From a virus (taxonomy: Duplodnaviria; Caudoviricetes): 59,637 nucleotides of DNA. The stretch spans positions 1 to 59,637 of the IMG/VR virus record IMGVR_UViG_3300048583_000219. One strand, given 5' to 3'. Position 1 is the stretch's first letter; each line of letters starts with the position of its first letter. Made by a program: the position numbers and the translations under genes. The notes under the pieces were generated by a model, which was given only the letters and a program-made list of their open reading frames with translations, was not told the origin of the DNA and searched no databases. Positions 9,178 to 19,296 of the stretch are shown here, in pieces.

Positions 9178-10224
9178 ATGAGTAATCCAACGCAAGACCC
9201 GCAGGGCGAACAGCCCGCGGCAGAAACGCTTGAAACCGCCGGCACCCCTCCGGTGGATACTGCTGCAATCCAGTCCGAAATCGACAACGCGAACCCCGAA
9301 GAACTCGCCAAGGCTCTCGGCTTCGACTTCACCGATACGGACACTTCCCAAGACGACGACGATCCGCCCGCACAAGGCAACCCACCTGCAGATTCCGCAC
9401 CAGGCGCACAGCCGGACGGTGAAGCAGGACAGGAAGCCGCACCGCAAACGGACCCGGACACCAAGCCGGTCTCACGCCGCCGCCTGTCCGTCGCCGGACT
9501 CCCTGACGCGGAAAAGGAACTCAATGCCAAAGCCATCGACCTCGTGCGCGAGGGCAAGGCCGCCAATCTCTTCGAGGCGATGAAGTCGCTCGTCGGGGAC
9601 GCTGGCAGCCCGGACCCTGCCAACGGAGACGATCCGCCCGCCGGCAATGATGCTCCCGACACCCGCCAAGCGGAAGCCCCGCCCACCCTGCAACAACTGG
9701 AAGACCGGTTTGAGACTGCGAGCGAAGAGCTTGCCGCCGCCATCCGCGACTTCGACCAGGAGAAGCAAATCGAACTGAACAAGGAAATCGCCATCCTCAA
9801 CCGTCAGATTCTCCGCGCCGAACAGGCCGAAGCGACGCAGAAGGTCGAGGTTTCCAACTATCAGTCCGAATACGCGGAAGCCGTGACGGAAATGGAATCG
9901 AAGTATGCCGAACTGCTCGACGACGAGAACAGCCCGTTTGCCGATTTGTTGGAAGACCGGATCGAGGCCGCAAAGGCCCGCCGTGATCCCGCTCTATCGG
10001 ACCCCCGGCACGTTCTCACCATCGCGGACGATCTGGCGGACCTTCTGAAAGTGGCGGCAGCGCCCAAGGAACGCACACCCGTAGCCGACCCGCCCCGCAG
10101 GGCACCGGTTGGCGGAGGCGTGGCACCCGCGGGCAAGGCCAAGGTGATGCTCACCACCAAGCAGGCTCAGGATTACATCGAAAAGGCTCCGACTGACGTT
10201 CTGGCCGCCGCCCTGTGGGGCTGA
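9178..10224 (+). CDS. Capsid scaffolding protein
   Basis: Acidic, Pro-rich N-terminus and coiled coils; immediately upstream of the capsid gene. Confidence 0.65.
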   Translation: MSNPTQDPQGEQPAAETLETAGTPPVDTAAIQSEIDNANPEELAKALGFDFTDTDTSQDDDDPPAQGNPPADSAPGAQPDGEAGQEAAPQTDPDTKPVSRRRLSVAGLPDAEKELNAKAIDLVREGKAANLFEAMKSLVGDAGSPDPANGDDPPAGNDAPDTRQAEAPPTLQQLEDRFETASEELAAAIRDFDQEKQIELNKEIAILNRQILRAEQAEATQKVEVSNYQSEYAEAVTEMESKYAELLDDENSPFADLLEDRIEAAKARRDPALSDPRHVLTIADDLADLLKVAAAPKERTPVADPPRRAPVGGGVAPAGKAKVMLTTKQAQDYIEKAPTDVLAAALWG

Positions 10225-10283
10225 TCCACACGTCAACCGGGGGAAAACTCCAATCCAACATTTCATAGAAAGACACCACTACC

Positions 10284-11873
10284 ATGGCTTACAATTCCGA
10301 TCCTACTCCTCTCACCTTGGCTACCGCGTTGGCCATGGATGCAGAACTCCGCCAGAATGCCGTTTCCCGGTATTTTGAGCAACAGTCCGGGCAATTCAAC
10401 GCCCTGAAAAACTTCACCAGCGTCTTCGACCCGAAAACGCAAGGTGGCGGCGGTCCCCGCTCGATCTTCTGCGAGAAAACCGACCTTTCCAAAGGCGGCG
10501 CGCAAACGGTCAACTTCAACGTCATCGGCATCCCCGGCGGTCCCGGCGTGCGCGGTGCGGATGAACTCACCGGCAACACCTCGCAAAGCCGCATGGCGAC
10601 CTACCCGGTCAACGTCGATTGGGTGCGTGACGCCTTCGAGCTGACCGAGGATGAAGTCGAGATGCTGGCCGCCGGCCGCAGCATCGAGCAAACCTCCATC
10701 GACCTGCTCTCCGAAAAGATGGGACTGGTGAAGCAGAACCAGATGCTCCGCCGCCTCATCGACGGTGCGGACGGCAATGTGATTCGCCCCAACAACCGCT
10801 CCAACACGGACGCCTTGCAAGCTGACGACGTGCTGACTCTCGATCTGACGACCGAGGCCCGCGCCCGCCTGCAAACGCAAGGTGCCAAGCCGCTCATGCG
10901 CAACTTGGCCAAGTCCGGCTGCCCGATCGACAAGTATCTGGTGTTCGGCACGCAAACCGCGATGCTCAACATCCGCAACGATTCCGACTTCCAGACGGCG
11001 GTATCCAGTGCGGACGTTCGCGGCGCGCAAAACGCCAACTTCACCGGAGAAATCCTCAACTGGCAGGGCAACCCGTTCTACGAGTTCCCCGTCACTGACC
11101 AGGATTGGGACGACTGGCTTGGCGGCCCGCTGATCCCGAAAGCGCTTATCGGTGAGTTCGTCTCGACGGTCTCGGCGGAAAACGTCAACTCAGGTGGTGC
11201 GACTCCGGTCCTGATTACCAATGCAGCCAATACCAAGAGCCTCTACTTCCAGTGGTTCGACGGCATCCCGCTGCTTTACAACCGGATCGAGGCGCTGCCG
11301 AACCTCTCGGCCAAGACCTACTACGCGTGGGCGTGCAATCCTGACGGATCGCGCTGCTTCGTGTCGTATGACGGCTTGAATGGCATTGCCGGTGCAAACC
11401 GCATCACCATCAAGAACATCCTCGCCACCGCGGCCGGCACCTCCGGCAACGGCGCGACGACCGTGGGACGCCTGACCTTTGGAACCGGCGGCAACGGCAT
11501 GACCGTTTCCGGCAACACCATCACGGCGCTTGGCACCGATGCCACCGTTCCTGCCTCCGGCGTGAATGGCGCATGGACCTACAAGACCGAGATCCAACCC
11601 GGTGCGGTCCTCATCCAAGCCAACCGCGACGGTGTTCCATACAGCCGCAGCTTCGTGCTTGGCTCCATGTCCGCCTGCTTCGCGCACGGTCGGGTCCGTA
11701 TGACCGGCATCAAACAAGAGCGTGACTATGACTTCATCCATGGTCGCGGCTTCAAGATGATCTTCGGCACCGGTGTTTGCAAAAACACCACCAAGAAGCC
11801 GAAGAACTATCTGGTCATCGAGCACGCCGTGGATCACCCCGGCTATCCGGTGCCCTCGTATGAGGCTCCGTAA
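10284..11873 (+). CDS. Major capsid protein (DUF4043/N4-gp56-like)
   Basis: KTDLSKGGAQTVNF...GPGVRGADELTGN is typical of this capsid family; strong codon bias; followed by a terminator. Confidence 0.75.
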   Translation: MAYNSDPTPLTLATALAMDAELRQNAVSRYFEQQSGQFNALKNFTSVFDPKTQGGGGPRSIFCEKTDLSKGGAQTVNFNVIGIPGGPGVRGADELTGNTSQSRMATYPVNVDWVRDAFELTEDEVEMLAAGRSIEQTSIDLLSEKMGLVKQNQMLRRLIDGADGNVIRPNNRSNTDALQADDVLTLDLTTEARARLQTQGAKPLMRNLAKSGCPIDKYLVFGTQTAMLNIRNDSDFQTAVSSADVRGAQNANFTGEILNWQGNPFYEFPVTDQDWDDWLGGPLIPKALIGEFVSTVSAENVNSGGATPVLITNAANTKSLYFQWFDGIPLLYNRIEALPNLSAKTYYAWACNPDGSRCFVSYDGLNGIAGANRITIKNILATAAGTSGNGATTVGRLTFGTGGNGMTVSGNTITALGTDATVPASGVNGAWTYKTEIQPGAVLIQANRDGVPYSRSFVLGSMSACFAHGRVRMTGIKQERDYDFIHGRGFKMIFGTGVCKNTTKKPKNYLVIEHAVDHPGYPVPSYEAP

Positions 11874-11892
11874 GCACTGACTGATACACCCT

Positions 11893-11936
11893 GGGAGCGG
11901 GGCGGCGCGCAAACCGCCGTCCCGCTCTTTCTTTTT
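11893..11936 (+). terminator. Intrinsic terminator after the capsid gene
   Basis: GAGCGGGGCGGCG...CGCCGTCCCGCTC stem followed by TTTCTTTT. Confidence 0.7.
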
Positions 11937-11958
11937 ACCCCGTTTGCACCCCACGACC

Positions 11959-12639
11959 ATGAACCTGCCATCCACCATCAGCCGCCAAGCGCTCGCCAAG
12001 CTGTCGTTTCCCGAGGAAACCCATGCCGTGCGCGTGATCCTGAAAAAAGTCGCCAACAACGCGCCTTACCTCGTGCGCGGCAAGACCCGGCGCTACCTCT
12101 TCGAGCGCAACCCGGAAGCCAAAGCCCACTGCCTCGACATCCCGGTGTCCATCTGGATGCAGGACGTGGACAAGTTCAACGGATACCGCCCCGGCACCTC
12201 GATTCCGGAAGACCTCAAGCCGACGATTTCCCTGCCCTTTATGATGCACGTCGTTCCGTGGAAGAGTGTGGCATCCGAATCGTCCGCCAATGATACCGAC
12301 CTGAATCGACTGGTCGATCTTTTGGAAACCGTGATTTTGCGCTTTGCCGGCTCTTTCGATGAGGAAAAGTGCAGAAGCCTTTTGACGGATGAATTGCGCG
12401 CCGCTTATGTGCGACCGGCCCAAGAGGTTGCTGAAGCCCTACTGCGTAAATACGGGAAGAATGCCGTGGCGGATTTCCAGAAAGCCATGTGGGACGGCAA
12501 ATCAACACGCGATGTTACCAACATCCTTGAAACCGTGAAGAAAACCCTTCCGCCCGATCCGGTCGAAAGCCCCGCCGCGGCCCGCATGCGCAAAATGCGC
12601 GAGGCCAAGGCCGCCAAGAAGCAACTCGAAACCGCCTGA
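11959..12639 (+). CDS. Hypothetical protein
   Basis: ORF with typical codon usage between the capsid and adaptor genes. Confidence 0.6.
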   Translation: MNLPSTISRQALAKLSFPEETHAVRVILKKVANNAPYLVRGKTRRYLFERNPEAKAHCLDIPVSIWMQDVDKFNGYRPGTSIPEDLKPTISLPFMMHVVPWKSVASESSANDTDLNRLVDLLETVILRFAGSFDEEKCRSLLTDELRAAYVRPAQEVAEALLRKYGKNAVADFQKAMWDGKSTRDVTNILETVKKTLPPDPVESPAAARMRKMREAKAAKKQLETA

Positions 12640-12644
12640 CCTGA

Positions 12645-13568
12645 ATGACCATTGCCGAATGCGCCAACAACCTGCTGCTGCACTTCGCGCCCGAAGAGCG
12701 GAGCGTTCCGGATAGCGTCACCTACCCCGGCCGGAACATGGCGGTTCTGGAAGCGCTCAATGGCGGCTTGCAAGAGTGCTTTGGCAATGCCTCGCCCTGG
12801 GTGCGCTGGGACGAGCGTGGTGCGCTGCTCAAGTCGCCAACCGCCATCACCCTCGACGTGACCGAGGGCAGCACCGCGGCCACCATCACCGGCTGGGAAG
12901 CATGGATGAGCGGATGCACCGTGGTCATCGAGGGGCACGACCTCGACAACCAGATCCGCAACGGCAGCGCCTCCGCAGTCCTGAAATACCCGTATGGCGG
13001 CAGCACCGGCACCGTGGGCGGCATGGTCTATCAGGATGCCATCCCGATCGGTTCCGACGTGCTTTCCATCCATGGCCCGATCCGCGTCAACGGCATGAAC
13101 ATCCACCCGCGCCCGAGTGCGGACGTGTTCAACACCCGCTACACGGAGGATTACGATTCGCACATCGATTTCGTCGAGGTGCCCGTCACTCGCCCGAGGG
13201 TCGCAGCATCCGCCGGCCGGCCGCTGTCTTACTGGCTGGAAACGTGGAGTGCATCGGACACCGCGGCTCCAGCCCTGCGGCTCCGTCTCGGTCCTGCCAA
13301 CAGTCAGACCGGCGGACTCGAGTACCGCGCCATGCTCAAGCCGCCCGTCATTTCCAGCATCGCCAGCACGTCCACGCTGCCCATCCCCTTTGGCTTCGAT
13401 CAAACCATCTTCCTGCCCATCGCGCGCCAGAAACTCACCGCCTGCCCGTTCTTCCGAGACCAGTCCGGCTTGCAGGAAATCAACCGCGCCTATCAGGAAG
13501 CCATGAGTCTTCTCGCCAGCCTCAAACCATCCAAGGATGACGGATTCACCCTCGTCCCGCGCTTCTGA
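12645..13568 (+). CDS. Putative head-tail adaptor/tail tubular protein
   Basis: Position after the capsid gene; GRPLSYW...LRLGP...YRA pattern seen in podovirus adaptors. Confidence 0.5.
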   Translation: MTIAECANNLLLHFAPEERSVPDSVTYPGRNMAVLEALNGGLQECFGNASPWVRWDERGALLKSPTAITLDVTEGSTAATITGWEAWMSGCTVVIEGHDLDNQIRNGSASAVLKYPYGGSTGTVGGMVYQDAIPIGSDVLSIHGPIRVNGMNIHPRPSADVFNTRYTEDYDSHIDFVEVPVTRPRVAASAGRPLSYWLETWSASDTAAPALRLRLGPANSQTGGLEYRAMLKPPVISSIASTSTLPIPFGFDQTIFLPIARQKLTACPFFRDQSGLQEINRAYQEAMSLLASLKPSKDDGFTLVPRF

Positions 13569-13573
13569 TCCCC

Positions 13574-14323
13574 ATGTCCGACGCATTCCGCCCCGTCACT
13601 ACCTCGCGGAGTCTGCAAACCCCGCAGGGCTACCGGATTTACACCACCACGCGGCAGGTTGCCATGGAGTTCCCGCTTCCTGTCGTGGGGGACTTGTTGA
13701 GCGCTTCGAACTTCATCGCCGGGTTCACGAATCATTACATCATGGACGTGAACGAGGTTCCGAACGGCGACCTGAAAAAAGTCACGATCACGCACGGGCC
13801 GGTGCCATCGGGCACCTATGAGGAATACGAATCAATGGCCTACACCTTCCCGGCGATCTATCCCTTCTCAACGACTCCCGAGTTTTTCCCTGGTGGATCA
13901 CGTCAGAGGGGGCGCGTGGTGCCCGCCCGCGTGCAATACGAATACCGGCTGTCACCGACTACCCCGGCGCCCAACTGGTTGACCGCCGCAACGATTTGGA
14001 ACTACTCGGATCCGACCACCGGACCCTTCGAAGTCTTGAGCTACATGCAGGAGGCCGCGGGTTCCTACTTCGAGGCGGACGATGGCACCGGCGGACTGGT
14101 CGGGGACTTCCTCAACTCCATGTTCATCGGACAGGACACCATCAACGACGAAATTGCGATTTCCGCACCGGGCGATCTGGCTTACACGATCGACCCATCT
14201 TTGCCATCGAAGACGACCTACGCCACATGGGTGGCAGGCAACACCGAAATCATGGCGAGCCGCACACTCTTCAAGTTCTACTGCTTCTACGCGCGGCGCA
14301 CCGTTTGGGTGCGCGCCCAATAA
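13574..14323 (+). CDS. Putative tail structural protein
   Basis: 249-aa ORF in the structural operon. Confidence 0.5.
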   Translation: MSDAFRPVTTSRSLQTPQGYRIYTTTRQVAMEFPLPVVGDLLSASNFIAGFTNHYIMDVNEVPNGDLKKVTITHGPVPSGTYEEYESMAYTFPAIYPFSTTPEFFPGGSRQRGRVVPARVQYEYRLSPTTPAPNWLTAATIWNYSDPTTGPFEVLSYMQEAAGSYFEADDGTGGLVGDFLNSMFIGQDTINDEIAISAPGDLAYTIDPSLPSKTTYATWVAGNTEIMASRTLFKFYCFYARRTVWVRAQ

Positions 14324-14328
14324 CCGCC

Positions 14329-14961
14329 ATGTCGAGCGAACTTCACAGATTCGGATTCAACGATGACGGCGACCACTCCCGCTGGAAGAAAGCGGTGGAA
14401 GCGCTTCTAAAAGCCATCGTCACCAATCCGCATCTGAACATAGGATCAAGCCAATCGGAGATCGTCTTTCCGGTGACACCGGGCAGTCGGAGAGGCTCCG
14501 CAGGAACCACCACGCCGGCTGAAATCAATGGAGCGTTTTTCGCTTTCTACACCGTGCCGGATGGGACCAATGCCGGAGACATCCATCTACAAGGCGGAAC
14601 GATCAATGGCGAACCCGTGGACACCACGGATTTAAAACTCTACGATCTGAGTCTGGAAGATTGGCAGTCGGCAAACGTCGATGACCATTTGTATGTGCCC
14701 GTCAGCGGGAAATTCACCGTGGTTGACAGGGTGGCGCTGCCGGGATTCGTGATTACTTCCGTTGGGACTCCGGTGATTGGCGTGCCTCCTGGCGACACTT
14801 ACCCAGCCGTGACCGGCGAGACAACCGCATCCGCGGGAACGTGTAATGTGTCCCTGGGCGTCTTTGTGGGCGAAGGGGCAAACGTGACCGGATTCATGCC
14901 TGCGCGAGCGGGAAACCGTGTCATCAGTCTTTGCATCACTCCGCCTTACTCCGGAACATGA
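14329..14961 (+). CDS. Putative tail structural protein
   Basis: True start MSSELHRF at 14329, inside track ORF 13996; ATGA-coupled to the next gene. Confidence 0.55.
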   Translation: MSSELHRFGFNDDGDHSRWKKAVEALLKAIVTNPHLNIGSSQSEIVFPVTPGSRRGSAGTTTPAEINGAFFAFYTVPDGTNAGDIHLQGGTINGEPVDTTDLKLYDLSLEDWQSANVDDHLYVPVSGKFTVVDRVALPGFVITSVGTPVIGVPPGDTYPAVTGETTASAGTCNVSLGVFVGEGANVTGFMPARAGNRVISLCITPPYSGT

Positions 14962-16640
14962 GTGCCTATCGTCCAACTATCGAAACACTGGACGATTGGA
15001 ATGAGGCAATCGGGTCTTGCGAATGCTGCTTGATGCCTGAGTGCCCGGTGCCGACGAGGGAGTGCGAGAGCATCAGCGGATATATCACCTCCCAAGGCCA
15101 CCGCGATCCCGCGGACACGGTGTGGAAGAGATACAAAAAGCAGGGCACCCAATACACGTTGTTGAATTCCGGCACGGTTTTCGCTGACGGGATACCTCGC
15201 GTGCCGCCCGCCGAAACTCCAAGCATTCTTGTTCGGTCATGGAATTCTTACGGTTCTGAGTTTGTAGGCACCTACTTTGAGCATCTTTACACCGGAGGAA
15301 TTGGGGTGGGTGTAGATTGCCCAAGTTGGCCCAATACTTCGGAGTTTCTTTGTGAAGCCTCGGGCGAATCAACGGTTTCCTATTTCGAGGAAAAAGTATG
15401 GAGTCCTGACGGCACAGAGTTCAACTACGTCCACGGTAAAAGTTCCGAGATTGTCACTACAATTTCTCCTGCCGCTGGACTTGAGACAGTCGAGTACACA
15501 GCTTGGGTTGCAATTTACACTGATGCAGACGGGTGGCAGGTAGCGCATGATGCGTGGCAAGATTCGGTGGACGCTTACACGACATGGGAAACCAATCGCG
15601 ACAACTGGCTGGCTGAAGATCCAGATCGCAACACGGAAGATTTTCCAGACGTTGAGCCTCCGCTTCCGGGGGACGAACCAGAAGCGCAACCAGAACAATT
15701 CTACGGAGATTGCTGCTGGAAAATCACCGACGAAACCACGATTTTTGCTCATTCCTTTGGATATAAGTCTGACGATGGTACTAGCCCTGCTGATCCACCC
15801 GACAACGAGGTGGTTCAAGCGTGGCTTGATGCCGGTGGTGGAGGAACGGGGCCATCGACACCCGGCACGGGATCATTGGTGTATTATGTTTGCTCGCCTT
15901 CCAGCCCCTTGAGTTCACTTTACAACGAAGGGGGAATAACCGAAGAAGAGGGATACTTCGAGCCGCAAACTTATGCCGCGTGGCTGGCCGAAGTTTCGGC
16001 CCTGCTGGACGCGGAAATGCCCGGTGTGGACGCTGCCTGTAAAGGAGTTTTGTGCGTTTCGGATTATCAGGCGACCGAACCGGAAGAAGTGACTGATGTC
16101 GCCATTCTTTCCAAAACTTCTTCACGCTTTCGCTGGGTGATTCCCGTAGTCGGAACCAAAAACGACCCGGATGCCGAACTGCCAGACCCTCCCGATCCGC
16201 TGCCAGAAGGTCAGACGGAAGAGCAATGGGAAGACGCATGGTGGGCAGACCATCAGGTGGATGTGCGCTGGGAGGGCAGCTATTTCAAGATCACTTGGGA
16301 TGTGGTTTTTTTTCCTGTTGGTCACGACGCGATGATTGACGATCCGGACTACGAGCCGCCCGAGGAAGAGCCGGAAGGAGGGTGGCCGCCAGTTCCGCAG
16401 ATTCCAGACCCGGATGCCCCTGATCCGGTAGTGATCTCAACCGACCAGACATGGACATGGGCTGGCCCCGGAGATCCAGACGATTTGGCAACATGGAAAA
16501 GCGGATGGTATGATCTGCCTGTTCCCACTGCGCCCGGAGAAAACCGAGTCGTCAACATCCGCTTCGAGTGTTACCGCTCGCCTCAATTCGGAAACAAGCC
16601 ACAAGTGACGGGAGAAGCCTATGAAATCCCTTCTCCCTGA
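14958..16640 (+). CDS. Acidic Pro/Cys-rich putative virion protein
   Basis: ~560 aa starting MSAYRPT; several Cys clusters and PDP/EPP stretches. Confidence 0.55.
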   Translation: MSAYRPTIETLDDWNEAIGSCECCLMPECPVPTRECESISGYITSQGHRDPADTVWKRYKKQGTQYTLLNSGTVFADGIPRVPPAETPSILVRSWNSYGSEFVGTYFEHLYTGGIGVGVDCPSWPNTSEFLCEASGESTVSYFEEKVWSPDGTEFNYVHGKSSEIVTTISPAAGLETVEYTAWVAIYTDADGWQVAHDAWQDSVDAYTTWETNRDNWLAEDPDRNTEDFPDVEPPLPGDEPEAQPEQFYGDCCWKITDETTIFAHSFGYKSDDGTSPADPPDNEVVQAWLDAGGGGTGPSTPGTGSLVYYVCSPSSPLSSLYNEGGITEEEGYFEPQTYAAWLAEVSALLDAEMPGVDAACKGVLCVSDYQATEPEEVTDVAILSKTSSRFRWVIPVVGTKNDPDAELPDPPDPLPEGQTEEQWEDAWWADHQVDVRWEGSYFKITWDVVFFPVGHDAMIDDPDYEPPEEEPEGGWPPVPQIPDPDAPDPVVISTDQTWTWAGPGDPDDLATWKSGWYDLPVPTAPGENRVVNIRFECYRSPQFGNKPQVTGEAYEIPSP

Positions 16641-16821
16641 TTCCACGCCCATCAAGCGAGTTTCCGCCAAGAAGTATCCCCCCAAGGATCGGGCGGCCAA
16701 AATGAGATTCCGGATCAAGGGTGAGACAGACGGACCGATTTACGAAGGCCAGAAAATCATCCTGCCATGCAAGGGTTGCGGCAAACCCGCTGCGCCCGTT
16801 ACCGGATCCGCCCGTTCTTGA
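16621..16821 (+). CDS. Small CxxC protein
   Basis: 66-aa ORF containing PCKGCG; overlaps promoter copy 3. Confidence 0.35.
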   Translation: MKSLLPDSTPIKRVSAKKYPPKDRAAKMRFRIKGETDGPIYEGQKIILPCKGCGKPAAPVTGSARS

Positions 16822-16827
16822 TACTTT
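16789..16827 (+). promoter_or_regulatory. Phage-specific promoter, copy 3
   Basis: GCTGCGCCCGTT, 21 nt, TACTTT, 6 nt, then ATG 16834. Confidence 0.7.
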
Positions 16828-16833
16828 CCCACC

Positions 16834-18000
16834 ATGCGCATCGGACCTTACGAGAACTCCCACAACCGGAACAAAACCCGGATCGACACCCGCCCGCAAA
16901 GTGATCCCGCCGTGGCGGCCGGTCTCCGCAACATCCGCCGCGACACTTCGGGACAGGTCGTGGGCGGCATCACTCCGGAAGGCCAGCGCATCGGCACCGC
17001 AAACCGCTCGTGGAGCACGTCGCCCATGGGACCGGGCGGCGGCATGCGTCCTGCGGTAGCGGGAGGCGGCAGCCTTGGCCGGCCCGCCACCCCTGGTCTC
17101 GACCGACTGGCCGCCATGCAATCGTCCGGACCTCCTACGGATTTCGGTGTCGCAAACGAAAAGCGCAAGCGCAAGGAACTCGCCGCCACCGGCGCTTTCG
17201 GCAAAGGACCGCAGAACCTCGCCCAGCGCCAGCAACTCTTCGCGGACATGAAGAGCGCCGGCAGTGGCGCGGCATCGCCGGACATAGCCAAGCGCGCCGC
17301 CGGTCTCGGTGTCACCCGCAGCCAATACGATCGCGCATGGAGCAAGGTGCCACAAGCTCCCGCATCCATCGCCGCAGCTAAGCCTACCACTCCGGCAGGA
17401 AGCATGGTGATGCGCCCGCAATCGGCCATGCCCGCGATGGCAACAGCACCTACGGGCAAAGCTCTTGCCGAGGCTAACATTGCCAAGATGGGAGTTGCCG
17501 GGGCGGCAGCGGATTACTTCAAACGCTCGGACGCTGAAAAACAGCAGAAAAGACAGCGATCGTGGAATCAGGTTGCCTCGATGCCTCAAGCAAAACCCAT
17601 GTCTCCAGCTTCCGGTTCACGCCGCACGTTTGAATCCGTGGCCGGCCTACCGGAAAAATCCAAACCCGTGGCGGCTACCGTGCCGACAATGGATTTCTCC
17701 GTTCCTCCTGTCGCTAATCCTATTTCCATTGGCGGGACACCACCGCCCGCGCCGCCACCAGCACCACCGACCGCAGCGAAACCACAACCCAAGAAGCGGG
17801 CTTGGATGGAACCAACCGGAGCAAGTTTCACTTATCCCGAAGCACGCAAGCCCGATATGTCTTCGCAACGAATCCGCGAAGCCAACGAACGACTGAAAAA
17901 ACGCAGAGCCGCCGCGTCGAGCTTCACGGACAATGCTCCCACATGGCGCAACACCTATTTCGGTGACATTATGAACTGGCTTTCCAAGCCTATGCTCTGA
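16834..18000 (+). CDS. Ala/Pro-rich low-complexity protein (possible ejection/internal virion protein)
   Basis: 388-aa ORF directly behind the conserved promoter. Confidence 0.5.
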   Translation: MRIGPYENSHNRNKTRIDTRPQSDPAVAAGLRNIRRDTSGQVVGGITPEGQRIGTANRSWSTSPMGPGGGMRPAVAGGGSLGRPATPGLDRLAAMQSSGPPTDFGVANEKRKRKELAATGAFGKGPQNLAQRQQLFADMKSAGSGAASPDIAKRAAGLGVTRSQYDRAWSKVPQAPASIAAAKPTTPAGSMVMRPQSAMPAMATAPTGKALAEANIAKMGVAGAAADYFKRSDAEKQQKRQRSWNQVASMPQAKPMSPASGSRRTFESVAGLPEKSKPVAATVPTMDFSVPPVANPISIGGTPPPAPPPAPPTAAKPQPKKRAWMEPTGASFTYPEARKPDMSSQRIREANERLKKRRAAASSFTDNAPTWRNTYFGDIMNWLSKPML

Positions 18001-18004
18001 GCGG

Positions 18005-19051
18005 CTATTTGAAGAACGCCTTACCCTGCGCCTCGTTCACCGCCCGCCGGTAGTGGCGGAACAAGGTCGAGGATCCCGCCGCATGCCCGAGCGCCTGCTT
18101 GGCGGCATCCTCCCCAAACGCCGCGAGATAGTGGCTGGCGAACGTGTGGCGCAAGACATCGTTCATGTGGCCGATGCCGGCCGTCTTGCGAATCCTCGCC
18201 CAGCGACGTTTCCAGTTTGCCGGAGCCACCGGACCGGACTTCGGATGGTCTTTCAACTCGCGGCGCAACACCGGCTTGATCGGAATCAGGCGATCCGCGC
18301 CCGTCTTGCTGGCATCCTGCGGCACATAGATTTCCGCCTTGCCGACGTTCTGCCAAAGCAAGCGCGAGATTTCCCCCGTCTCAGCGTCCGGACGGATTCC
18401 GGCATACAGTAGCAGAGCGATGGCGCGGCGCTCGTCAGCGCCCTGACAGGCGGCAAGAACCGCCTTTTGCTGGTCGGGCGTGAGAATGTGAATCGTGGTG
18501 GATTTTCGGTGACGTTCTCGGAAGCCGATAATTGCCAGCACCCGCGCCGCGCGCATATCGATCGTCGAGCGGGACAGCGTTCTGTTTTCCTGCAACGCCT
18601 CCTCGATGCGTTCACGGTCGATCACCCCGCAGGCCAGCGGCATCAGTGACGGCACCCACCGCGGCAGCTTCTCCATGTCGTTGCGATACACGTCGCGCCA
18701 GTGCATCTCCCCCCAAAGCATCGCCCGTGCGTAGCGTTCCCGAAACGTCTCCTTGCTGGCGGTAGTGGCGATTCTGGCGACTGCCAGGCGAGCCGCCTCG
18801 ACGATCGAGACACCGGAGCCTTCGAGGATGCGCGCCGCCTCCTGTGCTTGGTTGGCGAGGGCAACCGGGATCATCCCCCCGCGCATGCCGGTCTTGTGAT
18901 TCTGCCGCAGACTGGCCGCGAATTTCTCGGCCGCGGTCTTACCCGTAAAGTATTTCCGCCGGCGCTTGCCGGTGGCGGTCATGTCCTTGGGGATCGAGAC
19001 CATCCACCCGCGGGGCGTTTCGATGGCATGGAATTGAGGGGTGCGAGCCAT
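18005..19051 (-). CDS. int: Phage tyrosine integrase
   Basis: LLYAGIRP, LRHTFASH, ALGH and RHY catalytic motifs; N-terminal arm-binding segment GKRRRKYF; adjacent to attP. Confidence 0.88.
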   Translation of the reverse strand: MARTPQFHAIETPRGWMVSIPKDMTATGKRRRKYFTGKTAAEKFAASLRQNHKTGMRGGMIPVALANQAQEAARILEGSGVSIVEAARLAVARIATTASKETFRERYARAMLWGEMHWRDVYRNDMEKLPRWVPSLMPLACGVIDRERIEEALQENRTLSRSTIDMRAARVLAIIGFRERHRKSTTIHILTPDQQKAVLAACQGADERRAIALLLYAGIRPDAETGEISRLLWQNVGKAEIYVPQDASKTGADRLIPIKPVLRRELKDHPKSGPVAPANWKRRWARIRKTAGIGHMNDVLRHTFASHYLAAFGEDAAKQALGHAAGSSTLFRHYRRAVNEAQGKAFFK

Positions 19052-19059
19052 GGGGGATG

Positions 19060-19254
19060 TCGCCACAATCGCCACTTGGCGGAATATCGGCTTGCATTTG
19101 CGTGCATCCGTCCGCACGCAAAATCAAGGAAAAACCGAGCCGACTGTCAGATTTGAACTGACGACCTGATCATTACAAATGGCATTTCGTCGATTGAAAA
19201 TCAATGGTTTGCAAGGGAGACGGGTGAAATCGCCACCATATCGCCACTTGGCGG
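19060..19254. repeat. Arm-type integrase-binding repeats flanking attP
   Basis: TCGCCAC at 19060 and 19230; TCGCCACTTGGCGG at 19069-19082 and 19241-19254. Confidence 0.6.
19137..19180 (-). other. attP core: 3' half of tRNA-Thr(UGU)
   Basis: Minus strand ATTTGTAATGATCAGGTCGTCAGTTCAAATCTGACAGTCGGCTC contains the anticodon loop (TGT), the T-arm and the acceptor strand. The 5' half of the tRNA is absent. Confidence 0.85.
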
Positions 19255-19296
19255 ATTTGGGTTTATTTCCGGCCCGCACTGTGGTAGGGGTGCGGC

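Noticed and set aside
19137-19180. Complete tRNA-Thr gene
   Set aside because: The D-arm and 5' acceptor strand are missing; it is an attP core.
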